DNA of 63,560 nt, counting the filler, from Chiloscyllium plagiosum (lineage: Eukaryota), in the NCBI RefSeq assembly GCF_004010195.1. It is 4 parts of one record of this genome, joined end to end, with 100 filler letters (N's around TTAATTAATTAA, not from the genome) between each part and the next. Parts side by side here need not be neighbours in the genome. Positions count along the whole stretch, not along the records: positions 20,789 to 45,729 come from NC_057713.1; 3 more parts are not named here. The stretch is one strand, 5' to 3'. The translations under genes were made by a program, and so were the position numbers. Under the pieces are notes generated by a model, which was given only the letters and a program-made list of their open reading frames with translations, was not told the origin of the DNA and made no database searches. Shown here piece by piece: positions 24,520 to 37,740 of this stretch. Position 1 is the first letter of the stretch. Every line of letters begins with the position of its first letter.

Positions 24520-25640
24520 ATAGAACAGAGAACAGTAAAGCACAGTTTAGGCCCTTCGGCGCACGATGTTGTGCCGAGCATTTATCTTAATCTAAGATCA
24601 ACTTAACCTACACACCCCTCAATTTACTGCCAGTCATGTGTTTGATCAGCAGCTGCTTAAATGTCCCTAATGTCTCTGACTCTACTACCACTGCTGGCAG
24701 TGCATTCCACACACCCACCCCTCTCTGTGTAAAGCACCTACCTCTGACATCTCCCCCATACCTTCCTCAAATCACCTTAAAATTATGACTCCCTCATGAC
24801 AGCCATTTCTGCCCTGGAGAAAAGTCTCTGGCTATCTACTCTACATCTATGCATCTCATTACCTTGTACACCTCTATCAAAACACCTCTTATACTTCTCT
24901 CCAGTGTGAAAAGCCCGATCTCACTCAACCTCTCTTCATAAGACAAGCCCTCCAATCCAGGCAGCATCCTGGTAAATCTCCTCTGCACCCTCTCCTTCCG
25001 ATAAAGGACAAGAACTGGACACAATATTCCAAGTGTGGCTTAACCAGGGTTTTATAGAGCTGCAGCAAAACCTCACGGCTCTTAAACTCAATCCCCCTGT
25101 GAATGAAAGCCAAAATACCAGATGCCTTCTTAACAACCCTATCAACTTGGGTGGCAACTTTGAGGGAACCATGTATGTGGACCCCAAGATTCTGCTGTTC
25201 CTCCACACTGCCAAGAATCCTGTCTTTAGCCCTGCATTCAGCCTTCAAATTCAACCTTCCAAAATGAATCACTTTGCACTTATCCAGGTTGAACTCCATC
25301 TGCTACTTCTCAGCCCATCTCTGCATCCTGTCAATGTCATGTTGTAGCCTGCAACAGCCCTCGACACTATCTACAACACCATCAATCTTTGTGTCATCGG
25401 CAAAGTTACTAACCTACCCTTCCACTTCTTCATCCAAGTCATTTTAAAAGAACTACAAAAAGCAGAGGCCCAATAACAGATCCCTACGAGACACCACTGG
25501 TCACCGATCTCCAGGTGGAATACTTCCCATCCACCACTACTCGCTGTCTTTTTTTGGCCAGCCAATTCTGTATCCAGATAGGCAAATGTCCCTGTATCCC
25601 AAACCTCCTTACATTCTGAATTAACCTACCATGGGGAACC
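24520..25640 (-). mobile_element. CR1 LINE 3' part
   Basis: MEFNLDKCKVIHFGR and LVKPHLEYCVQF. Confidence 0.85.
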
Positions 25641-25641
25641 T

Positions 25642-28050
25642 TGTGGAAAAGGATATGGAAGATATAGACTGTAGGGAAATAAATGGTTACATCTTGCAAA
25701 ATGTCCATATTACAGAGGAGGAAGTGCTGGATGTCTTGAAACGGGTAAAGGTGGATAAATCCCCAGGACCTGATCAGGTGTACCCGAGAGCTCTGTGGGA
25801 AACTAGAGAAGTGATTGCTGGGCCTCTTGCTGAGATATTTGTATCATCAATAGTCACAAGTAAGGTGCCGGAAGACTGGAGGTTGGCAAATGTGGTGCCA
25901 CTGTTTAAGAAGGGCGGTAAGGACAAGCCAGGGAACTATAGACCAGTAAGCCTGACCTCAGTGGTGAGCAAGTTGTTGGAGGGAATCCTGAGGGACAGGA
26001 TGTATATGTATTTGGAAAGGCAAGGACTGATTAGGGATAGTCAACATGGTTTTGTATGTGGGAAATCATGTCTCACAAAATTGATTGAATTTTTTGAAGA
26101 AGTAACAAAGAGGCTTGATGAGGGCAGAGCGGTCGATGTGATCCATATGGACTTCAGTAAGGCGTTCTACAAGGTTCCCCATGGGAGACTGGTAAGCAAT
26201 GTTAGATCTCATGGGAGAACGAGCCATTTGGATACAGAACTGGCTCAAAGGTAGAAGACAGAGGGTGGCGGTGGAGGATTTTTTTTAGATTACTTACAGT
26301 GTGGAAACAGGCCCTTCGGCCCAACATGTCCACACCAACCCGCCGAAGCGCAACCCACCCATACCCCTATATTTACCCCTTACCTAACACTACGGGGAAT
26401 TTAGCATGGCCAACTCACCTGACCTGCACATCTTTGGACTGTGGGAGGAAACCGGAGCACCCGGANNNNNNNNNNNNNNNNNNNNNNNNNNNNNNNNNNN
26501 NNNNNNNNNNNNNNNNNNNNNNNNNNNNNNNNNNNNNNNNNNNNNNNNNNNNNNNNNNNNNNNNNNNNNNNNNNNNNNNNNNNNNNNNNNNNNNNNNNNN
26601 NNNNNNNNNNNNNNNNNNNNNNNNNNNNNNNNNNNNNNNNNNNNNNNNNNNNNNNNNNNNNNNNNNNNNNNNNNNNNNNNNNNNNNNNNNNNNNNNNNNN
26701 NNNNNNNNNNNNNNNNNNNNNNNNNNNNNNNNNNNNNNNNNNNNNNNNNNNNNNNNNNNNNNNNNNNNNNNNNNNNNNNNNNNNNNNNNNNNNNNNNNNN
26801 NNNNNNNNNNNNNNNNNNNNNNNNNNNNNNNNNNNNNNNNNNNNNNNNNNNNNNNNNNGTTCGCCAATGATTCTGACTCTGCCACTCCCACAGGCAGCGC
26901 ATTCCATTCCCCCACCACTCTCTGGGTAAAGAACCTACCCTTGACATCTCCCCTATACCTTCCACCCTTCACCTTAAATTTATGTCCCCTTGTAACACTC
27001 TGTTGTATCCGGGGAAAAAGTTTCTGACTGTCTACTCTATCTATTCCTCTGGTCATCTTATAAACCTCTATCAAGTCACCCCTCATCCTTCGCCGTTCCA
27101 ATGAGAAAAGGCCTAGTACTCTCAACCTATCCTCGTACGACCTATTCTCCATTTCAGGCAACATCCTGGTAAATCTTCTCTGCACCCTCTCCAAAGCTTC
27201 CACATCTTTCCTAAAGTGAGGCGACCAGAACTGCACACAGTACTCCAAATGTGGCCTAACCAAAGTCCTATACAGTTGCAACATCACTTCACGACTCTTG
27301 AATTCAATCCCTCTGCTAATGAACGCTAATGAACAAAGAGACCTTAGAGTACAGGTTCATAGCCCCTTGAAAGTGGAGTCGCAGGTAGATAGGATAGTGA
27401 AGAAGGCGTTTGGTATGCTTTCTTTTATTGGTCAGAGTATTGAGTACAGGAGTTGGGAAGTCATGTTGTGGCTCTACAGGACATTGGTTAGGCCACTGTT
27501 GGAATATTACGTGCATTTCTGGTCTCCTTCCTATGTGAAAGGTGTTGTTAAACTTGAAAGGGTTCAGAAAAGATTTACAAGGATGTTGCCAGGGTTGGAG
27601 GCTTTGAGCTATAGGGAGAGGCTGAACAGGCTGGGGCTTTTTTCCCTGGAGCGTCAGAGACTGAGGGGTGACCTTATAGAGGTTTACAAAATAATGAGGG
27701 GCATGGATATGGTAAAAAGGCAAAGTCTTTTCCTTGGGATCAGAGAGTCCAGAACTAGAGGGCAGAGGTTTAGGGTGAGAGGAGAAAGATATAAAAGAGA
27801 CCTAAGGGGCAACTCTTTCATGCAGAGGGTGGTACGTGGATGGAATGATCTGCCAGAGGATGTGGTGGAGGCTGGTACAATTGCAACATTTAAGAGGCAT
27901 TTGGATGGGTATATGAATAAGAAGGGTTTGGAGGGATATGGGCCGGGTGCTGGCAGGTGGGACGAGATTGGGTTGGGATATCTCGTCGGCATTGATGAGT
28001 TGGACTGAAGGATCTGTTTCCATGCTGTACATCTCTATGACTGTATGACT
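25642..28050 (+). mobile_element. CR1 ORF2 (25642-26280 and 27330-28050), interrupted by a SINE, a gap and a young minus-strand CR1 (26859-27329)
   Basis: KSPGPDQ, NYRPVSLTSVV and DFSKAF; 3' tail (ctatga)n. Confidence 0.85.
26466..26858. other. Assembly gap (393 N)
   Basis: Run of N. Confidence 1.
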
Positions 28051-28142
28051 CTAAGTGCCTTACTGAAATCCATACACAACACATCCACTGCTCAACCTTT
28101 GTCAACTTGTCTCATCACATCCTCAAAGAATAAGGCTTTTTT

Positions 28143-28506
28143 TAACATTACATTACATTACATTACAGATTACATTACATTTTACATTAGATTATATTAT
28201 ATTACATTACATTACAGTGTGGAAACAGGCCCTTCGGCCCAACAAGTCCACACTGACCCGCCGAAGCGCAACCCACCCATACCCCTACAATTACCCCTAA
28301 CACTATGGGCAATTTAGCATGGCCAATTCACCTAACCTGCACATCTTTAGACTGTGGGAGGAAACCGGAGCACCCGGAGGAAACCCACGCAGACACGGGG
28401 AGAACGTGCAAACTCCACACAGTCAGTCGCCTGAGGCGGGAATTGAATCCGGGTCCCTGGCGCTGTGAGGCAGCAGTGCTAACCACTGAGCTACCGTGCC
28501 GCCCAC
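28143..28506 (-). mobile_element. HE1-like SINE with expanded (ttaca)n tail
   Basis: Full head-to-tail copy; about 70-bp pentamer array at 28143-28214; aaggctt on both flanks. Confidence 0.88.
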
Positions 28507-28739
28507 CAAGGCTTGTGAGAGATGACCAACCCTCACAAAGACATGATGACTATCTTTAATCAAACTGTGTTTTTCCAAATAGTCATAAATCCTATCTCTC
28601 AGAATCCTTTCCAGTACCTTGCTTACCACAGACATAAGACTGACTGCTCTGTAATCCCCAGGGATTTCCCTATTCCCTTTCTTGAACAAAAGAACAAAAA
28701 AAACTTACCTCAAGCGTAGGGGCCTCCATTTGCTGAGAG

Positions 28740-29052
28740 GTTTGATTATGATTATATTAAATTCCCTACAGTGTGGAAACAGGCCCTTTGGCCCAACAAG
28801 TCCACACCGACCCTCTGAAGAGTAACCCACACAGATCCATTTCCCTCTGACTAATGCACCTAACACTATGGACAATTTAGCATGGCCAATACATCTTTGG
28901 ACTGTGGGAGGAAACCGGAGCACCCAGAGGAAACCCACACAGACACGGGGAGAATGTGCAAACTCCACACAGGCAGTCTCCCAAGGCTGGAATCGAACCT
29001 GGGACCCTGATACTGTTAGGCAGCAGTGCTAACCACTAAGCCACCGTGCTGC
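28740..29052 (-). mobile_element. HE1-like SINE
   Basis: Same family as 28143-28506. Confidence 0.85.
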
Positions 29053-30298
29053 CTCCCATGGTGGGAGGGAGGAGCAAAGGACTGCTGGGAAGGTGGGTAT
29101 AAAACATTTTATTTTGAAAAGAGTGGCGAGGAGAGAGGGCAGAGCGAAACAAAGACTGCCGGAAAGTTTTTAAGTGGGTGAGATCTAAACCCAAGACCTT
29201 ATACCATAGGGCCTCCATCCCATCCACCTCCTCTAACAATACTAAGAGTCTGTACACTTGGAAAGTTTTCAGGTTTCTCTTTTTTTTCTTCTTCTCGTCC
29301 CTTGTTTATTTCTGTGTGGGCTTTCAGAGTAGCAGGTAATGGCAGATAGGACAGTTGCATGTTCCTCCTGCAGAATGTGGCTGGTGAGAGGCACTTCACA
29401 CGTCTCTGCCAACTACATCTGGGGGAAGTGCACCCAACTCCAGCTCCTTGAAAATCAACTTAGGGAACTGGAGCTGGAGTTGGATGAACTACGGATCATC
29501 CGGGAGGCTGAGGGGGAAATTGAGAGCATGTACAGGGAGGTGGTCACTCTTCAGACACAGGATAAGGACAGCTGGGTTACAGTCAGAGGGAGGAAAGGGA
29601 ACTGACGGTCAGAGCAGAGATCCCCTGTGGCCGTTCCCCTCAGCAATAAGTGTATCGTGTTGGATACTGCTGGTGGGAACAGCCTACCAGGGGAAAGCCA
29701 TAATTGTCAGGTCTCTGGCACTGAGCCTGGCACTGTGGCTCAGAAGGGAAGGGGGAGGAAATAGAAAAGTGCTAGTGGCAGGGGATTGAATAGTTAGACG
29801 GATTGACAGGAGATTTTGTGGTCAGGAATGGGACTCCCGGAAGGTATATTGCCTCCCTGGTGCCAGGATCTGGGATGTCGCTGATCGGGTTTATAGGGAG
29901 AGGGTCAGCGGCCAGAAACTGTGGAACATATTGGCATCAATGATATAGCCAGGAAAGGGATTGAGGATCTGAAAAGTGACCACAGGGAGTTAGGTTGGAA
30001 GCTGAAGAGCAGGATGAGTAGAGTGGTGATCTCAGGTTTGCTACCGGTGCCACAAAATAGTGAGGTGAGGAACAGTCAGTGAATGCAGTTTAACAATTGG
30101 CTGCGAGGCTGGTGCAGGAGGGAGGGCTTCAGATACCTAGACCATTGGGATACTTTCTGGGGAAGGTGGGACCTGTACATGAAGGACGGGTTGCACCTGA
30201 ACTGGAGGGGCACAAATGTCCTGGATGGGAGATCTGCTCGTGGGATTCGGGAGGGTTTAAATGAGTTCGGCAGGGGGTTGTGGGAATCAGAGCCACAT

Positions 30299-30770
30299 TG
30301 TTGTGGTTCTGTTCGCCGAGCTGGAAGTTTTTGTTGCAAACGTTTCGTCCCCTGGCTAGGCGACATCATCAGTGCTTGGGAGCCTCCTGCGAAGCGCTTC
30401 TTTGATGTTTCCTCCGGTGTTTAAAGTGGTCTGTCCCTGCCGCTTCCGGTTGTCAGTTTCAGCTGTCCGCTGTAGTGGTTGGTATATTGGGTCCAGGTCG
30501 ATGTGTTTGTTGATGGAGTTTGTGGATGAATGTACCTGGACCCAATATACCAACCACTACAGCGGACAGCTGAAACTGACAACCGGAAGCGGCAGGGACA
30601 GACCACTATAAACACCGGAGGAAACATCAAAGAAGCGCTTCGCAGGAGGCTCCCAAGCACTGATGATGTCGCCTAGCCAGGGGACGAAACGTTTGCAACA
30701 AAAACTTCCAGCTCGGCGAACAGAACCACAACAACGAGCACCCGAGCTACAAATCTTCGCACAAACTTTG
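30299..30770. mobile_element. Hairpin-shaped Penelope family-A insertion (two inverted pLTRs)
   Basis: About 200-bp arms (30298-30498 and 30534-30733) with one visible mismatch; 13-bp TSD atcagagccacat at 30286-30298 and 30771-30783. Confidence 0.9.
30657..30696 (+). ncRNA. Minimal hammerhead ribozyme motif (PLE family A); mirror copy on minus at 30336-30375
   Basis: GCA-CTGATGA-T-GTCgCCT-agcc-AGGgGAC-GAAAC-GTT-TGC: helix I GCA/TGC, helix II, palindromic AAACGTTT helix III region. Confidence 0.7.
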
Positions 30771-31936
30771 ATCAGAGCCACATGTCTGAGAGGGGGTCAG
30801 TTGCAGATGGGGCAGTGACATGACATAGTGAATCTATTGGGAAGGTTTCTCAAGCAATGAAACAAAGGGATCAGTTAAAGTGTGTCTGCTTTAATGCACA
30901 GAGTGTCAGAAGTAAGAGTGACGAACTTAGAGCATGGATCAGTACTTGGGGCTACGATGGTGTGGCCATAATGGAGACGTGGGTTTCACAGGGGCAGGAA
31001 TGGGTGCTTGATGTTCCAGGGTTTAGAACATTTAAAAAAAACAGGGAGGGTGGAAAAAGAGGAGGAGATGTAGCATTGCTAATCAGAGAGTGCATCACAG
31101 TTACAGAAACGAAGGTTGTTGAGGAAGGTTTGTCTACTGAGTCAGGATGGGTGGAAGTTAGGAACAGCAAAGGAGCAGCCACCTCATTGGGGGTTTTCTA
31201 CAGACCCCCTAATAGCAGTAGGGGGATTGAAGAACTCATAGGCTGACAGATTTTTGAAAAATGCAGATGTAGCAGGGTTGTTGTTATGGGTGATTTCAAC
31301 TTTCCCAATACTGACTGGAACCTCCTTAGGGCAGATGGTTTGGATGGAGCCATTTTTGTTTGGTGTGTTCAGGAGAGTTTCCTTACTCAGTATGTAAACA
31401 GACCGATGAGGGGAGAGGCCATTTTGGATTTGGTGCTCGGCAATAAGCCAGGACAGGTGTTCGATCTCATGGTGGGAGAACACTTTGGTGACAGTGGTCA
31501 CAATTGCCTCACATTTACCATAGCCTTGGAGAGGGAAAGGAGCAGTTACCGAGGAAAGATATTTAATTAAGGAAAAGGAAATTATGAAGATATCAGACAG
31601 GAGTTGGGAAGTACAGACTGGGAGCAATTGTTCCACAGAAAGGGCACAGCAGACATGTGGAAACTATTTAAGGAGCAGTTGTTGCGAGTGATGCGTGAAT
31701 TTGTTCCTCTGAGACAGGCAAGAAGGGGTAAGATTAAGAAGCCTTGGATAATGAGAACAGAGGGGCTTCTTGTCAAAAGGAAGAAGGCATCTTATGTAAG
31801 GTGGAGGAAGCAAGGATCTAGCACAGCTTTAGAGGATTACAGGCTTGCTAGAAAGGAGCTCAGGTTCTAGATTAGAATGGTGCTGGAAAAGCACAGCAGT
31901 TCAGGCAGCATCCGAGGAGCAGGAAAATCGGTGTTT

Positions 31937-33560
31937 GCATATTTTCCAATGCTTCCACATCCTTCCCAAAATATGGTGACCAGAACTGTACACAATATTC
32001 CAAGTGTGGCCGCACCAGCATTTTGTATTGTTGCAGCATGATATTGCGGCTCCGGAATTCAATCCCTCTATGAATAAAACTTAACAACAATGTACGCCTT
32101 CTTAACAGCACTATCTACCTGGGTGACAACTTTGAGGGATCTATGTACATGGACTCCAAGATCCTTCTGCACATCCACATCTTTACTCAGCGAGTCGTGA
32201 GTTCATGGAATGCCCTGCCAGTAGCAGTGGTGGACTCTCCCTCATTATGGGCATTTAAGTGGGCATTGGATAGGCATATGGAGGATAGTGGGCTAGTGTA
32301 GGTTAGGTGGGCTTGGATCAGCGCAACATTGAGGGCCGAAGGGCCTGTACTGCGCTGTATTCTTCTATGTTCTATGTTCTATTACCAAGGGCAGTTGATG
32401 TGGTGTACATGGACTTCAGTAAAGCCTTTGATAAGATTCCACATGGTAGGCTATTGGAGAAAATGCAGAGGCATGGGAATGAGTGTGATTTAGCAGTTTG
32501 GACTAGAAACTGGCTTTCTGAAAGAAGGCAGCGAGTGGTGGTTGATGGAAAATATTCAGTCTGGAGTCCGGTTACTAGTGGTGTGCCACAAGGGTCTGTT
32601 TTGCGACCACTGCTGTTTGTCATTTTTATAAATGACTTAGACGCAGACATAGGTGGATGGATTAGTAAATTTGCAGATGACACTAAAGTGGTGGAGTAGT
32701 GGACAGTGTGGAAGAATGTTACAGGTTGCAGGGGGACTTGGATAAACTGCAGAATTGGGCTGAGAGGTGGCAAATGGAGTTCAATGCAGCTAAATGTGAG
32801 GTGATGCACTTTGGGAAGAATAACAGGAAGGCAGAGTACTGGGTCAATGGAAAGATTCTTGGTAGTGTGGATGTGCAGAGGGATCTTGGAGTCCATGTAC
32901 ATAGATCCCTGAAAGTTGTCACCCAGTTGGATAGTGCTGTTAAGAAGACGTACGGTGCGTTAGGTTTCATTGGTAGAGGGATTGAGTTCCGGAGCCGCAA
33001 TATCATGCTGCAACTATACAAAACGCTAGTGCGGCCGCACTTGGAATATCATGTACAGTTCTGGTAGCCATATTTCGGGAAGGATGTGGAAGCATTGGAA
33101 AAGGTACAGAAGAGACTTACCAGGATGTTGCCTGGTCTGGAGAGAAGATCTTATGAGGAAAGGCTGAGAGACTTGAGTCTGTTCTCATTGGAAAAAAGGC
33201 TAAGAGGGGATTTTATAGAGACATACAAGATGATCAGAGGATTAGATAGGGTAGACAGTGAAAGTCTATTTCCTAGGATGATGATGTCAGCTTGTATGAG
33301 GGGGCATAACTACAAATTGAGGGGTGATAGATTTGAGACAGATGTCAGAGGCAGGTTCTTTACTCAGAGAGTGGTAAGGGTGTGGAATGCCCTGCCTGCC
33401 CAGTGTAGTTAACTCAGCCACATTAGGGAGATTTAAACAATTGTTAGATAAGCACATGGATGATTTTGGGATAGTGTAGGGGACGAGCTGAGAATAGTTC
33501 ACAGGTCGGCGCAACATCGAGGGCCGAAGGGCCTATTCTGTGCTGTATTGTTCTATGTTA
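31937..33560 (+). mobile_element. CR1 RT-3' end (32390-33560 plus) preceded by an inverted copy (31937-32180) and a nested CR1 tail (32181-32380)
   Basis: [20 protein letters not shown] and KFADDTK; inverted homology to 32865-33100. Confidence 0.82.
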
Positions 33561-33602
33561 TTGTGAGCTTTATGACATAGTTCTATGTCCTAACACTCGC
33601 AA

Positions 33603-36190
33603 TAACATAGAACATTACAGCGCAGTACAGACCTTCAGCCCTCGATGTTGCACTGATCTGTGAAACCAATCTGAAGCCCATCTAGTCTGCACTATTCCAT
33701 GTTTATCAAATGACTATTTAAATGCTCTTAAAGTTGGCAAGTCTACTGCTGTTACAGGCAGGGCGTTCCACGCACCTACTACTCTCTGAGTAAAGAAACT
33801 ACCTCTGCCATTTTTCCTATATCTATTACCCCTCAATTTAAGTTATGCCCCTTTGTGTTAGCCATCACCATCTGAGGAAAAAGGCTCTCACTGTCCACCC
33901 TATCTAATCCTCTGATAATCATATATGTCTCAATTAAGTCACCTCTCAATCTCCTCTCTAATGAAAGCAGCCTCAAGTCTCTCAGCTTTTCCTCATAAGA
34001 CCTTCCATCCATACCAGGCAATATCCTAGTGAATCTCCTCTGAACCATTTCCAAAGCTTCCCCATCCTTCCTGTAATGCAGTGACCAGAACTGTACACAA
34101 TACCCCAAGTGTGGCCGGAGTTTTGTACAGTTTTGTACAGCTGCACCATGACCTCAGTCATCCTATCAGTCAATGACTTCTCATGTCCCTTCCTGGGCTT
34201 CTTAGCCTCTCTTCCAGTCTTTCCCAGCTAACCTGTAACTCACAAGCGCCCTAACTGAACCTTAACATCTCATCCTAACATAAGCCTCCTTCTTCCTCTT
34301 GACAACAAATTCAACTTCTTTAGTAAACCACGGCTCCTGCACTCAAATACTTCCTCCCTGCCTGACAGGTGCATACATATCAAGAACCCCCAGTAGCTGT
34401 TCTTTGAATAAGCTCCATATTTCAATTGTGGCCATCCCTTGCAGTTTCTTCCCCATCCTCTGCCTCCTAAATTCTTGCCTAATCACCTCATTATTGCCTT
34501 CCCCCCCCCCACAACTCTTGCCCTGTGGAATATAGCTATCTCTTTCCATCGCTCAAGTAAACATAACTGAATTGTGGTCAATATCACCAAAGTGCTCACC
34601 GACCTCCAAATCTAACATCTGGCCTGGTTCATTACCCAGTACGAAATCCAATGTAGCCTTGCCCCTTGTTGGACTGTCTACATACTGTGTCAGGAAACCC
34701 TCTGGCAAACATTGAGTACTTTAGATGGGTCAGTTTTTGTCCAAACTATGGTATTTCCAGTCAATATTTAGAAAGTTAAAGGCCCCCATAACAACTATCC
34801 TATTACTCTCGCTGCTACCCAGAATCGTCTTTGCTCTCCTTTCCTCTACATCTCTGGAACTATTTGGAGGCCTATAGAAAACTCCCAACAGGGTAACCTC
34901 TGCTTTCCCTGTTTCTAACCCAGCCCAAACTACCTCAGTAGATGAATCCTCAAATGTCCTTTCTGCCACTGAAATACTGTCCTTGACTAACCTCCCCCTC
35001 TTTTATCGTCTTGTCTGTTCTTACTGAAACATTTAAATCCTGGAACCTGCAACAACCATTCCTGTCCCAGTTCTATCCATGTCTCTGAAATAGCCACAAC
35101 ATCAAAGTCGCAGGTACCAACCCATGCTGCAAGTTCACCCACCTTATTCTGGATGCTACTGTCATTGAAGTAGACACACTTCAAACCAACTTCCTGCTTG
35201 CTGGTACACTCTTGCAACCTTGAAACCTTATTTCTGACCTCAATACTCTCAATCTCCTGGACAAGAAGCTGCAATTTAGGTTCCCATTCCCCAGTTGAAT
35301 TAGTTTAAAACCTCCCAAAGAACATTAGCAAATTTCTAACATTGCCCACATACCCCCCCACCCCAGGATAATGGTACCCCTCTGATTCAAGTTTGGATCA
35401 TCCTGATTATAGAGGTCTCCCCTACCCCAGAACGAGCCCCAATTATCCAGGAATCCAAAACTCTCCCTCCTGCACCAACCCTGTAGCCACGCGTTCAATT
35501 CCTCTCTCTCCCTATTCCTCACCTCGTTAGCACGTGGCACGGGCAACGAACCAGAGATAACAACTCTGTTTGTTCTAGCACTAAGCTTCTACCCTAGCTC
35601 CCTGGATTTCTGCCTTAGATCCCCACCTTTCTTCCTACATGTCGTTGGTGCCTATGTGGACCACGACTTGGGACTGCTCCCCCTCCCCCTCAAGAATCCT
35701 GAAAATACGATCAGAGATATGACAAATCCTGACACCTGGGAGGCAACATACTCTCTCATTCTCACAGACCTTCCTATCTGGCCCCCTAACTATGGAGTCC
35801 CCAATGACGGGAACAGCCACAGGGGTTCCCTGCACCACTTGTTGATTCCCTTTCTGTCCCCTAACTGTAACCCATCTGCCTTTCTGTTGTACCTGAGATG
35901 TGACTGCCTCCCTGTACCTCCTCTCAATAACCCCCTCCACCTCCTGAATGATCCAAAGTTCATCCAGCTCCAGCTCCAGTTCCTTAACGTGGTTTTCAAG
36001 GATTTGTGTCACTTCCCACAGATGAAGTCAGTAGACACACTAGTGGTGACCCGTACCTCCCACATTCTGTAGGAGGAACATTCAACTGCCCTAACCTCCA
36101 CTCTCACTATTCTAAACTCCCAATAAGACTGTTGAGAAATGAAAAATAAGAAAAGCTAGTTAACCTTACCAACCCGGCGCACAGTACCTT
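33603..36190 (-). mobile_element. Internally deleted CR1 (ORF1, EN, 3' end)
   Basis: VIGDSIVRG, CVYFNDSSI, FYRPPN and YCVQFWS. Confidence 0.82.
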
Positions 36191-36224
36191 TTGTTTTGCT
36201 CAAGTGCTACTTAAACAGCCTCCA

Positions 36225-37740
36225 GATATCTGCTGTGCCTTTCCCGTAGAACAATTGTTCCCAATTTATACTCCACAGCTCCTGGTCCAATAGCAGTATA
36301 ATTTCCCCTCCCCCAATTAAACACCTTCCCATAATGTCTGTTTCTCACTCTCACCATGGCTATGGTAAAGGTGAGGTAGTTATGGTCACTGTCACCGAAA
36401 TGTTATTCCACTGAGAGATCTGACACCTGACCTGGTCCGTTGCCTAGCACCAAATCCAATATGGCCTCCCCCTAATCAGCCTATTTACATATTAAGTCAG
36501 GAATCCTTCTTGGACACACCTAACAAAATCAACTCCATCCAGACCATCTGCACTAAAGAGATTCCAATCAATACTGGGGAAGTTGACGTCACCCATAAAA
36601 CAACTTTGTTTCTTCTGCACCTTTTCAAGAAGTGCTGTCCAATCTGTTCTTCATCTCTCTACTGCTATTGGGGGATCTATAGAAAACACCCAATGAAGTG
36701 ACTGCTCTTTTTCTGTTATTGACTTCCACCCGTACTGACTCAGTAGACAAACCCTCCTCAACAACCTCCTTTTCTGCAGTTGTGATGTACTCTCTAATTA
36801 ACAATGCTACTCCCCCTCCTCTTTTACCCCCCCTCCCTGTTCTTTTTAAAAGATCTAAACCCTGGAACATCCAGCAACCAGCCCCTGTGAAATCCATGTC
36901 TCTGTTATGGCCACAACATTGTAGTTCCAAGAACTGAGCCATGCTCTAAGTTCATCACTCTTATTCCCAACAGTCCTTGCATTGAAACAGACACACTTTA
37001 AACCATCCGTTTTCCCTATCAAATATGTATCCTTCCTGACGGATTCTCTGCATTCTAATTCTGCCCATTAAACAACCACCCTCTCCTCTGATCTGTAGAT
37101 CTGGTTGTCATGCCCATGCCAAACTAGTTTAAACCCTTCTAACGTAACTCTCTGAAATCACTTTTTAGATCCTCATCCCTTTTCCTAGCTTTGTCATTGG
37201 TGCTAATGTGCACTGTCTGCCTGTTCCCTTTCCTCTCTCTGACTGCAACACATCTACCTTTTTGTTGTACCAGAGGTGCGACTACCTCCCTGTAACTCCT
37301 CTCTATTACCCTCTGCCTCCCAAATGATCCAAAGTTCATCCAGCTCCAACTCCAGCTCCAGTTCCCTAACGTGGTTTCTGAGGAGCTGGAGTTGAGTGCA
37401 TTTCCTGCAGATGAAGTCATTGGAGACACTAGTGGTGACCCTTACCTCCCACATCCTACAGGAGGAGCATGCAACTGCCCTAACATCCATTCCCATTGTT
37501 CTGAATTTCCAAAGAGACTATTGGAAAAAACTAGTAACCTTACCAAATCGGCACACAGAACAGTTTTTTTTGGTTAGAGGAGGAGGGAGACATTACCTAA
37601 GTAGTGTTTCAGGTAAAGTAACTACCCAAATATAGATCTCACTTACTCATCAGTCCCGTGTCTGTTCCTACTCAGCAGGTGCTCTACCTATTCATAAGTT
37701 ATTAACGGATTAATTTCCCTTCCCTGCAGTGCCCTGGTCC
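36225..37740 (-). mobile_element. CR1 5' part (ORF1 plus EN)
   Basis: VACSSCRMWEV and GGKRGGGVALLI. Confidence 0.8.

Larger units (their letters stand above)
29080..31865 (+). mobile_element. CR1 LINE 5' part: ORF1 (Zn finger, coiled coil, esterase) and ORF2 endonuclease
   Basis: VACSSCRMW, LRELELELDELR, WDLYMKDGLHLN; CVCFNAQSV, FYRPPN, MGDFNFP. Confidence 0.88.
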
